Virus record (IMG/VR): IMGVR_UViG_3300031998_000001 | Coordinates: 109,064-173,063 of that record | Length of the DNA stretch: 64,000 nucleotides | Reading direction: 5' to 3' (one strand) | From: a virus | Taxonomy: Duplodnaviria; Heunggongvirae; Uroviricota; Caudoviricetes | Shown: positions 9,529 to 18,756 of the stretch, piece by piece | How the letters are laid out: every line of letters starts with the position of its first letter | Numbering within the stretch: position 1 is the first letter of the stretch | The notes under the pieces: generated by a model | Databases searched by the model: none | What the model saw: only the letters and a program-made list of their open reading frames with translations | What the model was told of the DNA's origin: nothing | Made by a program: the position numbers and the translations under genes

Positions 9529-9849
9529 ATGGGAAAGTTTGTTGTCATAGAGAGAGTGCCGAACAGGGAGGCTGAACTCCGTTTCGGGGGCGTGGACTTC
9601 CACAATGAACTCGTGCAGAGCGGGGAGAAGTGCCTCGGCGGTGGGTTGTTCGAGATAAGGGACACCGACAGGGCTGTGGTTATGTGGGACACCTCCTTCG
9701 AGTTCGGAGCACCGAGGTTCTGCGAGGTCAACATAGTCGATTCGTTCGCCTGCGAGGAGTGGGAGGACTACAGGTTCTACTATGTCGGCGACCCGCTTAT
9801 GCCAATTCGGGATGAGTATGAGGTCAATGTGCAACTTGAAGAATTGTAG
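9529..9849 (+). CDS. hypothetical protein
   Basis: Packed ORF. Confidence 0.5.
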   Translation: MGKFVVIERVPNREAELRFGGVDFHNELVQSGEKCLGGGLFEIRDTDRAVVMWDTSFEFGAPRFCEVNIVDSFACEEWEDYRFYYVGDPLMPIRDEYEVNVQLEEL

Positions 9850-9851
9850 GA

Positions 9852-10367
9852 ATGGACGGTGACAAGAAGAAATATGTCCTTCTTTCCCCAGTCGAATGGT
9901 GCGAGGACAATGAGGGCAACCTCGCTGAAACTCCCGCCTGCGCGGTGGTGGACGAGCAGCCCAGAGTCGTATATTCTAACCTATGGGACGAATATGTCGC
10001 GGAGATTGACGGGAGCAGGCACTTGTCCTTATGCACGGACACGGAGTTCAGGATTGCATACAAGCCCCTTCTGCAAGATGATGACGACTACTTCCCGTTG
10101 CCACAACTGTCCGCTCCAGACAACCCAGTGCGAAAGGAGCAGGGGATATACGAGGTCGATGAGGAGACTGCGGAACTGCTCGAAGGCATATATTCGGAGG
10201 GGAAGGAAACCCTCACTGGCATAGAGGATGAAATCAAGTTGCTCTTGGAGAAGCACCTGAAGGTCGCCCTTATGACGAACAAGTCGGTGGCTGGACTCGT
10301 GAAGGCGAAAGGACGGAAACTCACCGACGAGGAACTGATGGCGAGCATTGACGAACGATTTTTCTGA
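9852..10367 (+). CDS. hypothetical acidic protein
   Basis: Packed ORF. Confidence 0.5.
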   Translation: MDGDKKKYVLLSPVEWCEDNEGNLAETPACAVVDEQPRVVYSNLWDEYVAEIDGSRHLSLCTDTEFRIAYKPLLQDDDDYFPLPQLSAPDNPVRKEQGIYEVDEETAELLEGIYSEGKETLTGIEDEIKLLLEKHLKVALMTNKSVAGLVKAKGRKLTDEELMASIDERFF

Positions 10368-10416
10368 AATTACAATAGATAGACTATATATTAGTGTTGG
10401 AAAGGAGATAAATGTT
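10358..10416 (+). promoter_or_regulatory. conserved promoter/5'-UTR cassette, copy b
   Basis: TTTTTCTGAAATTACAATAGATAGACTATATATTAGTGTTGGAAAGGAGATAAATGTT, then ATG. Confidence 0.55.
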
Positions 10417-10932
10417 ATGGCAGAGAGAAGATATATGAACGGACACGCTTGGTCGGACGAATACTGCCCGTACAAGTTGAGTATGCAACTCAAGCGCAGG
10501 GGCTACGACGAGCCGAGCCACTCTATGTACTACACTGCGGTCACGCACGACGGCGAAAGCATATCGTATGACGAGGAACTTGACCTGAAGGGCGAGGGCA
10601 GGGGCAAGGAGATAGTCTATGTCGATGGCGGTGCGGTATGGGACACATACAACTACAACTCGGAGCACCGCTCCGCGAAGGTATGCTCCCGTCCGACGAT
10701 GTACGAGGCGGCGAGGTGGCTTCGCGAGGAGCACGGCATACTCATATCGGTTGACTACGACAGCCTTGAAACGAGGACATACATATACTGCATCACAATG
10801 GTCAACGACAGGGGCGTGAAGATAATCGCTTCGAGACCGAAGTGCTACGCCACATACGAGGAGGCGTTCCTTTCATCAGTGGAGAGGGCGGTCAAACTGG
10901 TAAGGACTGTAAAGAAACAGAAGAAACAATAA
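10417..10932 (+). CDS. hypothetical protein
   Basis: Start placed at the in-frame ATG right after the cassette. The track start at 10348 lies inside the cassette. Confidence 0.55.
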   Translation: MAERRYMNGHAWSDEYCPYKLSMQLKRRGYDEPSHSMYYTAVTHDGESISYDEELDLKGEGRGKEIVYVDGGAVWDTYNYNSEHRSAKVCSRPTMYEAARWLREEHGILISVDYDSLETRTYIYCITMVNDRGVKIIASRPKCYATYEEAFLSSVERAVKLVRTVKKQKKQ

Positions 10933-10937
10933 CGCTT

Positions 10938-11207
10938 ATGAGAAAGATATTTTTGGTACTAATGGTGTTTATGGGACTCATAGCCTGCGTATCCTGCTCC
11001 GACTGCGATTGCGCGGGCTGTGGCAAGTCCGACTACAAGGCAATCAAGGCGCACGGTACAATGAAACTTATTGATGATAGTTTCCGCCACGAGGTATGGA
11101 GGGACACGGAAACGGGTTGTGAATATTTTGTACGCAACACATCGCAAGGCGTAGCCGTGATACAGTTGACCGACAGGGAAGGCAGACCAAAGGTTACGGA
11201 GGAATAG
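10938..11207 (+). CDS. putative lipoprotein
   Basis: MRKIFLVLMVFMGLIAC: signal peptide with an L-I-A-C lipobox. The in-frame upstream track start is discarded. Confidence 0.5.
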   Translation: MRKIFLVLMVFMGLIACVSCSDCDCAGCGKSDYKAIKAHGTMKLIDDSFRHEVWRDTETGCEYFVRNTSQGVAVIQLTDREGRPKVTEE

Positions 11208-11209
11208 TT

Positions 11210-11506
11210 ATGGAACGGGGAATACTTAAATATCACCTGCTTGCGTTCATTACGGTATGCGTGCTTGTGTGGGGAGGCTGTCAGGAGATGAGCGACAGCG
11301 AGGTGCAGAAGGAGTTCAATATGTCGAGGACGGACAGGCTTGAACTCACGGGCTACGGTAAACTCGTTGACACGCTCCACATCGGGGAGACTTTCTATTC
11401 ATACGCCATAATGCACGACAAGGAGAGCGACCGCGAGTTCGCGGTGATATGGTTCAGAGGTGGCAATCCAGAGATAGTGTATCTCGGAAAGGACGAGGGG
11501 GAATAG
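11210..11506 (+). CDS. putative secreted/lipoprotein
   Basis: N-terminal hydrophobic signal ending VWGGC. Confidence 0.5.
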   Translation: MERGILKYHLLAFITVCVLVWGGCQEMSDSEVQKEFNMSRTDRLELTGYGKLVDTLHIGETFYSYAIMHDKESDREFAVIWFRGGNPEIVYLGKDEGE

Positions 11507-11508
11507 TT

Positions 11509-11970
11509 ATGGGAAGGAAGTACACGAACTTATTGCAGGAAACACTGGAGGCGGCTGGCTACAAGAGCGTCACCGAGTTCGCCCGAAAGATAATGTTCGC
11601 CCGCGTGGGTATTGACACGACAGTACCGCAGGAAAGGGCATACCTGAAGGAGAATGCGGTTGACGAGTACGGGCATACGAGGTTGTTCCTCACGCTTCCG
11701 CCATATCATATGGAGGAGGATGCCCACCTGTTCGCCAATATGCTTGATGTCCTCTACTACAACGGATTCGGGACGCAGGAAGTGTTCGGGGAGATTGCAC
11801 TTGCGGACGGGCAGTGGCTCTCCCGCAAGGAGTATGACGGAAGCGAGGAGTGGGAGTTGTGCTATTATCCGTCTTGGAACGATATGTGCAACGCCAACTG
11901 GAACGACGAGTTCAGGGACTGCAAGTTAAAAATAAATGAAAGCGATGAAAGCGAAGAAGAACATAGTTGA
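11509..11970 (+). CDS. hypothetical protein
   Basis: ATG MGRKYTNLL after an RBS-like GGGGGAATAG. In-frame with track ORF 11449. Confidence 0.5.
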   Translation: MGRKYTNLLQETLEAAGYKSVTEFARKIMFARVGIDTTVPQERAYLKENAVDEYGHTRLFLTLPPYHMEEDAHLFANMLDVLYYNGFGTQEVFGEIALADGQWLSRKEYDGSEEWELCYYPSWNDMCNANWNDEFRDCKLKINESDESEEEHS

Positions 11971-12472
11971 GAGGGGCAAGGAGTTGTCCTTCCTGTTGAG
12001 GCACGACAAGGAATATGCCTTTGACGAGCACGGCTGGCGCGAGGTCGCCGACCTGATTGAAAGGCACGGTTACACGATGGATGAACTCGAAGAGATAGTT
12101 GCGACCAACGACAAGAAGCGGTACGAGTTCTCGGATGACAGAAAGCGCATACGCGCCCGTCAGGGGCATAGCGTCGATGTCGATGTGGAATTGAAGGAGT
12201 GCGTACCGCCCGATACATTGTATCACGGGACTGCCGCAAGGTTCGTTGACCAGATACTCCGCGAGGGCATTACGAAGCAGTCGAGGCTTTATGTGCATTT
12301 GTCTGCGGATGTTTCGACAGCGTTCAAGGTCGGAAAGCGTCACGGGACACCATCGGTGCTTGCGGTGGATGCTATGGAAATGGTGGCGGACGGGCATAAG
12401 TTCTATTTGAGCAACAACGGTGTCTGGCTCACGGAGTATGTGCCGACCAGATACCTCAATGTCGTGATGTGA
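11936..12472 (+). CDS. RNA 2'-phosphotransferase Tpt1/KptA family
   Basis: Family motifs present: LSFLLRH (Arg-His), IRARQGHS, LYHGT, LYVHLS, VGKRHG, NNGVWLTEYVP. Confidence 0.75.
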   Translation: MKAMKAKKNIVERGKELSFLLRHDKEYAFDEHGWREVADLIERHGYTMDELEEIVATNDKKRYEFSDDRKRIRARQGHSVDVDVELKECVPPDTLYHGTAARFVDQILREGITKQSRLYVHLSADVSTAFKVGKRHGTPSVLAVDAMEMVADGHKFYLSNNGVWLTEYVPTRYLNVVM

Positions 12473-12474
12473 GA

Positions 12475-12536
12475 TTTTTCTGAAATTCCTATTTATTCAC
12501 TATATATTAGTGATGAAAGGAAAAACATCAGGAACA
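12475..12536 (+). promoter_or_regulatory. conserved promoter/5'-UTR cassette, copy c
   Basis: TTTTTCTGAAATTCCTATTTATTCACTATATATTAGTGATGAAAGGAAAAACATCAGGAACA, then ATG. Confidence 0.55.
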
Positions 12537-13163
12537 ATGGAAAGCAACAGGACATACAAGTTCGTAAGGATACACAGGAAGAACAGCGGCGAGTACGGCA
12601 CTTGGTATTTCAAGCCCCGCACCCGCGAGGATATGGAACTCCACTGGAAGGAGATTTGCGGTGCGCAGATGCGCCAGCACTGTCGGGAGCGTTTCGGTGG
12701 AATGACGGTTGCGGAAGGCAGGGACGGTAAAGCCTCCGTCCATTTCCCTCACCCCACGACAGAGTTCGGTATGGGCGTTGACGCTTTCGTTTCCGCCACG
12801 AACGCTATGTATGTGGAGGGTATGCTCAATGTGGAGAACGAGGCTTACAATTCCCGTATGCGTTCTTTTGACAGGGGCGAGGAAATCTACCTTGCCGAAG
12901 GTATGGTGGTGTTCAGCCTTGACGAGCGTTTCTGCGAGATTGCGGAGGAGGTCGAGAGCGAGAAGTTCGCATATCCGACAAAGAAGGCTTGGGACTTGGG
13001 TGATGTCCGCTATATGCAGTGGAATATGCTCGGCAATGTCGGTACGCACTGGTACGCAAAGGTGGGCAACCGAGACATTGTTGACAGGGACGGCAATATG
13101 AAGTGGAACACCCGCGTGGAGGCGGAGAGCGCAGCGAAGTATTTTCTGGAAACACTTGCATAA
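12537..13163 (+). CDS. hypothetical protein
   Basis: First ATG after the cassette, in-frame with track ORF 12510. Confidence 0.55.
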   Translation: MESNRTYKFVRIHRKNSGEYGTWYFKPRTREDMELHWKEICGAQMRQHCRERFGGMTVAEGRDGKASVHFPHPTTEFGMGVDAFVSATNAMYVEGMLNVENEAYNSRMRSFDRGEEIYLAEGMVVFSLDERFCEIAEEVESEKFAYPTKKAWDLGDVRYMQWNMLGNVGTHWYAKVGNRDIVDRDGNMKWNTRVEAESAAKYFLETLA

Positions 13164-13167
13164 GAGT

Positions 13168-13389
13168 ATGATAGTAAAAAGTACAAATCCATATCATTAT
13201 ATATTCGGAGAAATCAACGAGAATGAAGGCGTTGTTCATATCTTCGGCAACCGCCCTTTGAGTGAAAATGAAATCGAGAAGATTGAAAACGACATACAGA
13301 AGGCGATTGATGTGGAAGTGGAAGGGATGACCAATGAAATAAACAGTAGAATATTAAAACGAATGCTTAATGGAAAAGAAAGTATCTGA
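13168..13389 (+). CDS. hypothetical small protein
   Basis: The track start 13156 is TTG; the first ATG is 13168. Confidence 0.4.
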   Translation: MIVKSTNPYHYIFGEINENEGVVHIFGNRPLSENEIEKIENDIQKAIDVEVEGMTNEINSRILKRMLNGKESI

Positions 13390-13753
13390 AGCGAAGATTG
13401 CAGACAAGATAATGGAAGATGCCAAGCGCATTATGCGTAATTCGGCTGAATTGAGGCGTATGTGCGAACCGTATCTATATTCGGTATCCAGTGAGGCAAG
13501 CGACAGAATCGGAAGGACAATATTCGAGTTCAACCGCAAGTTGAGGAACAATTCTTCAAGGGACGAAGCATACGCTTGGCTTGAAAGGCAGAAAGATGAA
13601 ATTCTGTCAAAGTACGGGCAGGCACATTCGTATTCGTTTCTGTATCCCGAATTGCTGGGGGATATTCCAGAGACATACGAGGAGTGGAGGAATCAAATCA
13701 AAGGGCATTGCATTGACGGTGCGACAGTTTCGGAAGTACCGACTGGTGAATAA
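13370..13753 (+). CDS. hypothetical protein
   Basis: Packed ORF. Confidence 0.5.
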   Translation: MEKKVSEAKIADKIMEDAKRIMRNSAELRRMCEPYLYSVSSEASDRIGRTIFEFNRKLRNNSSRDEAYAWLERQKDEILSKYGQAHSYSFLYPELLGDIPETYEEWRNQIKGHCIDGATVSEVPTGE

Positions 13754-13772
13754 TTAAAAAAACAGAACAACA

Positions 13773-13922
13773 ATGGAAAGGAACAATCAAAAACTGATGG
13801 AAGAGATGTACCAGAGTATGCAAAGAAGGTACAATGTGCAAATCGCAGTGAATATCATTGGTGCGATAATCGGCGTGGCGTTTGTGGTCGGCGCGGTTAT
13901 AGCGTTGGTTAAACTCATTTAG
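13773..13922 (+). CDS. small C-terminal transmembrane protein (49 aa)
   Basis: ORF below the track cutoff. C-terminal hydrophobic helix IAVNIIGAIIGVAFVVGAVIALV. Confidence 0.35.
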   Translation: MERNNQKLMEEMYQSMQRRYNVQIAVNIIGAIIGVAFVVGAVIALVKLI

Positions 13923-13936
13923 ACGGAGGAAGCGCA

Positions 13937-14377
13937 ATGGACGACAGGATTAAGGCGTACATAGAAAGGGTGAAACTGGAAACCAAATGGGATATGGATG
14001 TTTACCGTGCCGTTATGGACAAGTGTTCGGGAAACAAGTACATAGACGAATGGCTTGGACATTATCTCCGCAAGAACGAACTTGTGGAGGAAAACTATGA
14101 TTTCGAGCACGCGGAAGTGTACGAGGAGAATGTGGACGGGCATACCCGTATAGAAATCCAAGCGCACAACGACGCGGAGTGCGGTACTATGTATTTCCGC
14201 ATTGCCGACCTTGAAAGGAGCGAGGCGGAATACAAGAAGCGCAAGGTCGCGCTCGTAGGCAAGATGTTTATGGACTTGTATAAGAAAAATCTTGATGCGA
14301 TTGATGCGTGTACGGAAAGGAACAATGTCTTGCTTCTGGCGAACAATGCGTTGTATCATACCGAAGGATTAAAATAG
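13937..14377 (+). CDS. hypothetical protein
   Basis: Packed ORF. Confidence 0.55.
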   Translation: MDDRIKAYIERVKLETKWDMDVYRAVMDKCSGNKYIDEWLGHYLRKNELVEENYDFEHAEVYEENVDGHTRIEIQAHNDAECGTMYFRIADLERSEAEYKKRKVALVGKMFMDLYKKNLDAIDACTERNNVLLLANNALYHTEGLK

Positions 14378-14404
14378 AATGACAGCGGAAAGGGGAGCAA
14401 TACT

Positions 14405-14701
14405 ATGGCATACTATAAGTTTAAAATAAAGAAAGTAACTTGGGAGAACGGAGATGTCCGCTATTTCGGGGTTGTGCGCAGCGGCTTGCTCGGACGGCTT
14501 GGCGTATGGCGTTACATCGAGGAGGGCGTGGAGGTTCTTTTGAACAACTACAACGGAAGGCACACGAAAGATGGCGCACTTGCCGACATTCGTGAGTACA
14601 AGCAGTTTCACGGCTTGATGCCGAGCGACGGGATGATTGACACGCACCACTTGTTCGAGAAGCCCGTCGAAGTCGAATACATAGACATTGAAGATGATTA
14701 A
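14405..14701 (+). CDS. GLLGRLGVWRY-motif family protein, member 1
   Basis: RYFGVVRSGLLGRLGVWRYIE. Shares the motif with 15897 and 34751. Confidence 0.55.
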   Translation: MAYYKFKIKKVTWENGDVRYFGVVRSGLLGRLGVWRYIEEGVEVLLNNYNGRHTKDGALADIREYKQFHGLMPSDGMIDTHHLFEKPVEVEYIDIEDD

Positions 14702-15095
14702 GGAAGTTATCAAATATTACACGGACATAGATTGCGCATACACCTTTGACAAGAGGGAGGACGCGGAGAAGTTTGAAAGGACATTCAAGCCGTTCTATGA
14801 CCTCAATGAAGAGGCGGAGCAGGTCTATGACAATGTTGTCGCCAACAGGGACAAGACCGACTGTGGCAGGATGAAACTGGCGGAGGAACTGTTTAACAAG
14901 GCAAAGCCGTTGCTCATAGCCTATGTCAAGGAAAGCGGAATGTTCAGGGACAAAACGGAGAAGGAACTTTGCAACCTTACATTCTGCAAGAGGGATGTGG
15001 GGCGCGTGGTTGACATATTCTTCCACGAGGACTTGGAGGACTGCATAATAGGACAGTTGTTCGATACGATTTACACGATAGTAATTGGCTGGTAG
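14694..15095 (+). CDS. tandem paralogue family B, member 1
   Basis: MIKEVIKYYTDID...AEKFERTFKPFYDLN. The track start 14688 is TTG. Confidence 0.55.
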   Translation: MIKEVIKYYTDIDCAYTFDKREDAEKFERTFKPFYDLNEEAEQVYDNVVANRDKTDCGRMKLAEELFNKAKPLLIAYVKESGMFRDKTEKELCNLTFCKRDVGRVVDIFFHEDLEDCIIGQLFDTIYTIVIGW

Positions 15096-15097
15096 TT

Positions 15098-15478
15098 ATG
15101 ATAGAGGAAATTAAAAAATACCGCACGGACATTGACCGCTCGTACATCTTTGAGACGAAGGATGAGGCGGAGAAGTTTGAAAGGACATTCAAGCCGTTCT
15201 ACGACCTTAACAGAGAGGCGGAGGATGAGCGGGTTCGTTGTGGCGATGACAGAATGGAGAAGGCGCAGGACTTGTTCGACAGGGCAAAGCCACTGCTTGC
15301 CGCCTATGTGAATGAAAACAGAATGTTCGATGACAATACCAAGAAGGAACTTTGTGGCATTGCCTTTTGTAGAACCGACATTGCGCGTGTGATTGGCATA
15401 TTCTTCCACGAGGATAAGAAGGATTGCATCATAGGGAGGTTGTTTGATACGATTTTTGCAATAATAGTTGGATGGTAG
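15098..15478 (+). CDS. tandem paralogue family B, member 2
   Basis: MIEEIKKYRTDID...AEKFERTFKPFYDLN. Confidence 0.6.
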   Translation: MIEEIKKYRTDIDRSYIFETKDEAEKFERTFKPFYDLNREAEDERVRCGDDRMEKAQDLFDRAKPLLAAYVNENRMFDDNTKKELCGIAFCRTDIARVIGIFFHEDKKDCIIGRLFDTIFAIIVGW

Positions 15479-15480
15479 TT

Positions 15481-15918
15481 ATGATAGAGGAAATTAAGAA
15501 AACGGTTTACCGCTCGGACATTGACGGGCAGTTTGAGTTCGATACTCTGGAGAAGGCGGAGAAGTTCGAGAGGACATTCAAGCCGTTCTACGACCTTCTC
15601 AAAGTAGCCAGACAGGAGTACGACTACATAAGCACATATTCGGAGGACAGTTCGATAGACAATGTGAAGATTGCCCGCGACTTGTTCAACAAGGCTATGC
15701 CGTTGCTTGCCGACTATGTGGCAAAAGTCGAGCCAGACCACTGTATGCCAGAAGATGTGGAGCACCACGGCAAGTTCTGCCCCGACAATGTGATGTGGCT
15801 TTCCAACGCCTTTGCCAATGTTGGCTTTGACGACAATGTAATCGGCGAACTCTTCAACGAGATATATGACATAATGAAATTTAGAAACTTCGGGATATGG
15901 ATATACAAAAAGGAATAA
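15481..15918 (+). CDS. tandem paralogue family B, member 3
   Basis: MIEEIKKTVYRSDID...AEKFERTFKPFYDL. Confidence 0.6.
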   Translation: MIEEIKKTVYRSDIDGQFEFDTLEKAEKFERTFKPFYDLLKVARQEYDYISTYSEDSSIDNVKIARDLFNKAMPLLADYVAKVEPDHCMPEDVEHHGKFCPDNVMWLSNAFANVGFDDNVIGELFNEIYDIMKFRNFGIWIYKKE

Positions 15919-16220
15919 GGTTCAAGATAGTCACCAAGACATACGATGACGGCAGGGTGCGGTATGTGCCGATGGCGAAGTGCGGGCTGTTGGGCTTGCT
16001 TGGTGTGTGGCGCAACATAATCTATGATACTCCGTACTTGGGCAACGATTACGGCTATCCGATAAAGGCGGACGCGGAAGAGGCTATACGGAGGTGCTGG
16101 AGGGAACTCAATCCAGCCCCAGAGCCGAAGTGCATATCGACGGAGGAAGAGGAAGTGATGTTAAGGTGCTGGAGGGAACTCAATCCAGCCCCAGAGTCGA
16201 AGCGCATATCAGCGGAATAA
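15897..16220 (+). CDS. GLLG-motif family protein, member 2, with internal 24-aa tandem repeat
   Basis: RYVPMAKCGLLGLLGVWRNI. The C-terminus has RCWRELNPAPEPK twice. Confidence 0.55.
   Translation: MDIQKGIRFKIVTKTYDDGRVRYVPMAKCGLLGLLGVWRNIIYDTPYLGNDYGYPIKADAEEAIRRCWRELNPAPEPKCISTEEEEVMLRCWRELNPAPESKRISAE
16094..16213 (+). repeat. in-frame direct repeat (2 copies, period 72 nt)
   Basis: GGTGCTGGAGGGAACTCAATCCAGCCCCAGAG occurs at 16094 and again at 16166. Confidence 0.7.
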
Positions 16221-16250
16221 ACAGAAGTGCTTGTTTCATAGGATTGGGGA

Positions 16251-16745
16251 ATGGAGACGGAGATTCACACATATTACAGGATTGAGAACGGCAGGTCGAG
16301 GATTTTCGGGCAACTCGCGGAGCAACTCAAGGACGAGTTCCTGAAACAGCCGACGGGCAACCCGTACAGCACGCCCGAAGGGTGCAGGTTTCTGCACACC
16401 GTCCGTTCGAGCGACCTCATCGGCTGGTCACCGCAGGGCATAAGGTGCGAAGGCGAACTCACTCCCGCCGAGAGCAGTATGGTGGAGAAAGTCCTGTATA
16501 TGAGGGGCACTCGCCACACTTCGTTTTCCGATGCGGTCAATATGCTCAAGAGGATTGCCACGAAGGGGGCGAGGGGCTGTCTGAACGGCAAGCGCAAGTA
16601 TCCCGAAAGGCGCGAGGGTGAAACCGCACAGGACTTCATCCGCAGGTCAACGGGACACTTCTACCACAACTTCAAGGTCTGGAAACTGACCGAGCAGGAT
16701 GTGGCGAGCATAAGGAATGTGCTGGTGAAAAACAATTTGCTTTAA
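16251..16745 (+). CDS. hypothetical protein
   Basis: Packed ORF. Confidence 0.55.
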   Translation: METEIHTYYRIENGRSRIFGQLAEQLKDEFLKQPTGNPYSTPEGCRFLHTVRSSDLIGWSPQGIRCEGELTPAESSMVEKVLYMRGTRHTSFSDAVNMLKRIATKGARGCLNGKRKYPERREGETAQDFIRRSTGHFYHNFKVWKLTEQDVASIRNVLVKNNLL

Positions 16746-16766
16746 ATATAGGCTATATATTATATT

Positions 16767-17531
16767 ATGGAAAACATATACGACATACTGAAAGGCGCAC
16801 CGAGAGGACTTGAACTCTGGTCATCGCTCTGCGGGGAGTGCAAACTGGTAAGCGTGTACGACAATGCCGAGAGGACGAATATGCGTACACCGAAAGGAAT
16901 CATAGTTCGAGGCAAGTATGCCGACATTACGGACTACGACTTTACATTCGACGAGTTCGGCAGGTTCAGTGAGCGTGGCGCGTGTCTGCTCTATCCGAGC
17001 AAGACGACAAGCACTTGGGAGTTCTGGCAGAATAGGCTTCTCCGCAGGGGCGACATAGTTACGGACGGGGACACGCTTTATCTTATAAAGGCTGAACCCA
17101 ATGAACTTATATGCGCTGACGGAAATCTTGGCGCATCGACACCTTACCGAGACCTTTCGTATGCAACAAGGGAGCAGGCGGAGAACTTCTGGAGGGAGTT
17201 CCGCGCCAACGGCTTCGAGTTCGATGAAGGCACTGGCGAAGTCCGCAGGAAGAAGAAGCCGAGCCTCCGTATGTTCTCGTTGAGCGAAAGCGAGTATCCC
17301 GAAAACAGGATGCGCATACTCGTATGGGACAGGGTTCGCGGAAGATGGGAGATAAGGCGTTACCTTGACGGAAGGCTGTGGGAGGACGACCGCTCGCGCG
17401 GAAGCGAGGATATGAGGGAACTCATACACCCAGACCGCACGGGCTTGCCGATATTCCGATTCCCGTACTGGATGCCGATGAGGGAAATCCCGATACCAAG
17501 TGGCGAGGAGAAATACTTTGGAGAATATTAA
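16767..17531 (+). CDS. tandem paralogue family C, member 1
   Basis: N-terminal APRGLELWSSLCGECKL and GACLLYP...WEFWQ are shared with the next two large ORFs. Confidence 0.6.
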   Translation: MENIYDILKGAPRGLELWSSLCGECKLVSVYDNAERTNMRTPKGIIVRGKYADITDYDFTFDEFGRFSERGACLLYPSKTTSTWEFWQNRLLRRGDIVTDGDTLYLIKAEPNELICADGNLGASTPYRDLSYATREQAENFWREFRANGFEFDEGTGEVRRKKKPSLRMFSLSESEYPENRMRILVWDRVRGRWEIRRYLDGRLWEDDRSRGSEDMRELIHPDRTGLPIFRFPYWMPMREIPIPSGEEKYFGEY

Positions 17532-17543
17532 ACAGGTTATGTG

Positions 17544-18533
17544 ATGAGAGATATAGTCGAGATATTGAGATACGCACCAGAGGGAACTACACTTTATTCC
17601 CCGCTGTGCGGAAAGGTGAAACTCGTGAAGGTAACGCCGAACATTGATGACAAGTTCGGCAAGATTGACGGGAGCATAAGGATACGCACGATAAAGGACC
17701 CGCACCCGTCCGAGCATACATTCGACCGCTACGGGCGGTATATGCTTTCGGACAATGTGGCGAGCGAGGAGTGTATGCTCTTCCCGCAGATACTTCACCG
17801 CACTTGGGACAACTGGCAGGATATACTCATACCGAAGGCTGTCGGGTGCGTGGTAAAGGACAACGATGCGGGCGAGTGCTATTTCGTGCCGAAGGTGAAG
17901 CGCATAGTCAATGTGAAGGGGGCGGAGGTCAAGTTCCCAGACGGATTCGGTTCATTGTGCTACGCATCGCCCGAAGATACAATCGCCTTTATTACCGCGC
18001 TCAACTGCAACCATATCAAGTGGTGCAAGGAGACTGGGGAGATGGTTGCGGATGTGAAGGGCTATGTGGAGGAAGTCGAAAGAAAGGCTTGCGCAGTCGA
18101 GTGCCTTTCACAGCACAGGTACAGTCGTGGTGACAAGGTGGTATGTATGGCGAAAGGTGACGGCAAGTGGCTCGATACCATACAGGAAGTTGATACTGCT
18201 TCCCGCGTGTACAGACTCGAAAGCGGTTTCGTCGTCCCGTTCGATACGCTCGACGACGAGGACGGAAACTTCCGCCCAGCCGAACTTGACAACAGAAAGC
18301 CGTTCACGGAGGACGACTTGCACCCGTTCGATGAGGTTCTTGTAAGGAAGGACAAATGGGACAGGTGGGTGGCAAGGCACTATTCCCACTTGGGTTGTAC
18401 GGAATATGTATGCACGGACGGGGAGCAGTACGAACAGTGCGTGCCGTACAACGAGGAGACGAAGCACTTGTTCCTCACCACCGACAACTATGCTGGCAGG
18501 TACAAGACTTGGTATGACGATGTTGAATATTAA
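17544..18533 (+). CDS. tandem paralogue family C, member 2
   Basis: APEGTTLYSPLCGKVKL, ECMLFP...WDNWQ, and C-terminal CVPYNEET. The track start 17541 is GTG. Confidence 0.6.
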   Translation: MRDIVEILRYAPEGTTLYSPLCGKVKLVKVTPNIDDKFGKIDGSIRIRTIKDPHPSEHTFDRYGRYMLSDNVASEECMLFPQILHRTWDNWQDILIPKAVGCVVKDNDAGECYFVPKVKRIVNVKGAEVKFPDGFGSLCYASPEDTIAFITALNCNHIKWCKETGEMVADVKGYVEEVERKACAVECLSQHRYSRGDKVVCMAKGDGKWLDTIQEVDTASRVYRLESGFVVPFDTLDDEDGNFRPAELDNRKPFTEDDLHPFDEVLVRKDKWDRWVARHYSHLGCTEYVCTDGEQYEQCVPYNEETKHLFLTTDNYAGRYKTWYDDVEY

Positions 18534-18543
18534 GCCGTGCGAT

Positions 18544-18735
18544 ATGAAGTTCAGGATAAGCAAGGAATCAAAGGAAAGGCTCGAAAGCATTATGAGCAAT
18601 GCGATGTGCGATTTCGTCAACGGCGAGGAGGACGACATTATGGTTGGCAGGATACGCAGGGCGACCGTCGAACTTACTGTCGAGTACGAGGGTAACAACC
18701 AGTGGATAACGGCAAAGTTGGTTAAATATGAATAA
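18544..18735 (+). CDS. hypothetical small protein (63 aa)
   Basis: ATG MKFRISKESKERLE, in-frame with the tail of track ORF 18406. Confidence 0.4.
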   Translation: MKFRISKESKERLESIMSNAMCDFVNGEEDDIMVGRIRRATVELTVEYEGNNQWITAKLVKYE

Positions 18736-18756
18736 TAACATAAAAAATATAATAGT

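Noticed and set aside
16094-16213. Possible DGR template/variable repeat pair
   Set aside because: There are only two short in-frame copies inside one gene. No reverse transcriptase gene is present in the window, and no adenine-specific mismatch pattern is visible.
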